64,000 nt of DNA from Octopus bimaculoides. Taxonomy: Eukaryota. The position numbers and the translations under genes are program-made. The stretch is from assembly GCF_001194135.2 (NCBI RefSeq), contig NC_068996.1, positions 9,289,804-9,353,803 of the forward strand, read 5' to 3'. Shown piece after piece: positions 62,026-64,000 of the stretch. Each line of letters opens with the position of its first letter. Position 1 is the first letter of the stretch. The notes under the pieces were generated by a model. The model worked only from the letters and a program-made list of their open reading frames with translations. It was not told the DNA's origin and searched no databases.

Positions 62026-62496
62026 TAATGTCACTTTGTGTGTTTCGTTTTGTGTTGTTTAAGCTCTAATAATGCCATGCCACGCATGTATGGTTAACTG
62101 AACATTAGAAGGATCATACTTCACACAAAAATGCTATTTTTCTAACTAACTGTTCCCTTCCCCCNNNNNNNNNNNNNNNNNNNNNNNNNNNNNNNNNNNN
62201 NNNNNNNNNNNNNNNNNNNNNNNNNNNNNNNNNNNNNNNNNNNNNNNNNNNNNNNNNNNNNNNNNNNNNNNNNNNNNNNNNNNNNNNNNNNNNNNNNNNN
62301 NNNNNNNNNNNNNNNNNNNNNNNNNNNNNNNNNNNNNNNNNNNNNNNNNNNNNNNNNNNNNNNNNNNNNNNNNAGTCTTTCACCATTGGTAATCAGGTTT
62401 CTTTCAATTATCTTTGAGGTGGTCTGAAAATATACTCTCATGAATTATGTTTTTGATTCCTCCAGCAACTGCAGTAACACCTTTTCACTACATTCC

Positions 62497-62555
<59 letters not shown>

Positions 62556-63313
62556 AAACACAAACACACCTTCATTTTTAAACAAGCAACCACTCTCTGT
62601 GGTTTTCACTTTCCATTCATATCTATTCCCCATTTACCATTCTGCCCAATCTGTCTCTGCTACAATAAGTAACCCAATACCAACACTATTTTCAGTTATT
62701 CATTTGCTCGTATTCTTCTAGTTCTTCTTCTGTTTCTTCCTTTATTTATTTCTTTTTTTTTTGTTGTTGTTTCTCTTTTCCTGACACAACTTCTTTCGTC
62801 TGTTCGTTCGTGTTCTTACCTGTCTACCTGTCTATAATTCATCTTCGTAGCTAATTTATCGTTCCACCGTTGTCTGTGTAGTTTGAGTGTTACTGTTGAC
62901 ACAAGCAATGCTGGACAGTTCAAATGGCACTTTTGACCACTGCTGCTGATGAATGGTGCAGCAGCAGCCACAGATTGAGGACTCATGATTCACTCCCATA
63001 ACATAATGAAACACACACACACACACACATTGACAATTTGGATGCTTTTCTTAGTGTTAACCATTTTACCAAAGAGTGAGAATAGATGCATTTATCAAGA
63101 CTGCCTGTCAGGCTGGAAGGATGGCAATCTGTTCCATTTCAGGCAATAATGATGATTTTAGTTTCCATGATGTAATGTATAGCATCATTAACATTTTGAA
63201 AATGGCATATCTTTGTCTGTATGTGTGTGTGTGTGTGTGTAACTGTCTTCAGCAGACTGATGAAGACAATTACAGGTGAAACTTCAAATTCTTTTGTTAA
63301 CCTTTCCTTCATC

Positions 63314-63360
<47 letters not shown>

Positions 63361-63739
63361 TCTATATATATATATATACACACACGCACACATATATACA
63401 CATACACACACAAGCATATATATATATATACATACACATATGTGATGATGATGATGATTGCTTCATCTTGTCAGATAATGTCTGTCTCAGATTCTGGTTG
63501 ATTCTTCTAATTTACGTTCATCTTCGCATGTGCGCAGATGTGACTTGACTCGTTGCCATGCATCCATCACCATAAGACTTTATAAAATACAAAAACGGAT
63601 TAAAACAAAAATGAATGAAACGATAGTTAGAAAATCTGTACGCCATTGAGTTTAAGTGACAAAAGCTTGTACATCACTTTTACCATTTCTCTCAGTCACC
63701 ATAGTAGGGTTCCAGTAACAAGCATTGCAAGATCACTGA

Positions 63740-64000
63740 GATGAAATTCTGAAAGCAGGTGGGGATCACATCTCCTCCGAGATTCATAGCCTGTTGTGTC
63801 AAGTTTGGACTGAGTCCTCTGTGCTACAGGAATGGATAAACGGCATTCTAATCTCTATATACAAAGGTAAGGGACCCAAATCAATGTGTGGTAATTCCAG
63901 AGGAATAACTCTCCTGGCACATACCGGGAAGATACTTTCGAGGATCATGTTAGAACGTCTCGTGGAGAATGTGTGTCCACATGTGATTCCTGAGGAACAG
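63740..64000 (+). pseudogene. RTE-clade LINE reverse transcriptase fragment (continues past the window end)
   Basis: 63743-64000 is open: EILKAGGDHISSEIHSLLCQVWTESSVLQEWINGILISIYKGKGPKSMCGNSRGITLLAHTGKILSRIMLERLVENVCPHVIPEEQ. Matches RTE ..EILK.GG..W...P.DW...I.IYKGKG....CGNYRGI.LL...GKIL.RI..P.EQ.GF. Confidence 0.9.

Larger units (their letters stand above)
8418..62373. other. Twelve assembly gaps
   Basis: 8418-8527, 20188-20964, 27267-28243, 32959-33114, 33566-34283, 35239-35248, 35555-35564, 41908-41958, 46571-46602, 47313-47990, 59154-59840, 62165-62373. Most are flanked by microsatellites. Confidence 0.98.

Noticed and set aside
20145-62441. Long ORFs of 250-420 aa in the track
   Set aside because: They span N-gaps and microsatellites (poly-X, IYIY, SLSL), so they are artefacts.

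Overview
AT-rich, repeat-dense metazoan DNA with 12 N-gaps. The SINE and LINE-tail landscape matches my recollection of Octopus (coleoid cephalopod) genomic sequence; this is an inference, not a database result. I found no recognisable intact protein-coding gene, so the window looks intronic or intergenic, and most ORFs in the track are artefacts of microsatellites or N-runs. Supportable content: (i) several tRNA-derived SINE families, many with clear target-site duplications, (ii) 5'-truncated RTE-clade LINE 3' ends and two RTE ORF2 fragments, (iii) a HERO/NeSL-like restriction-like-endonuclease LINE 3' end, (iv) a decayed DIRS-type RNase H, (v) two mariner transposase relics, (vi) piggyBac-type (TTAA) and hAT-type MITEs, and (vii) a few weak candidate small exons. 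The most unusual signal is a set of dispersed type I hammerhead-ribozyme-like motifs (CUGAUGA, stem II, GAAA) of the Penelope/retrozyme kind. The best is at 10891-10984, and another sits inside a ~100-bp inverted repeat. Most repeat boundaries are approximate, read by eye.
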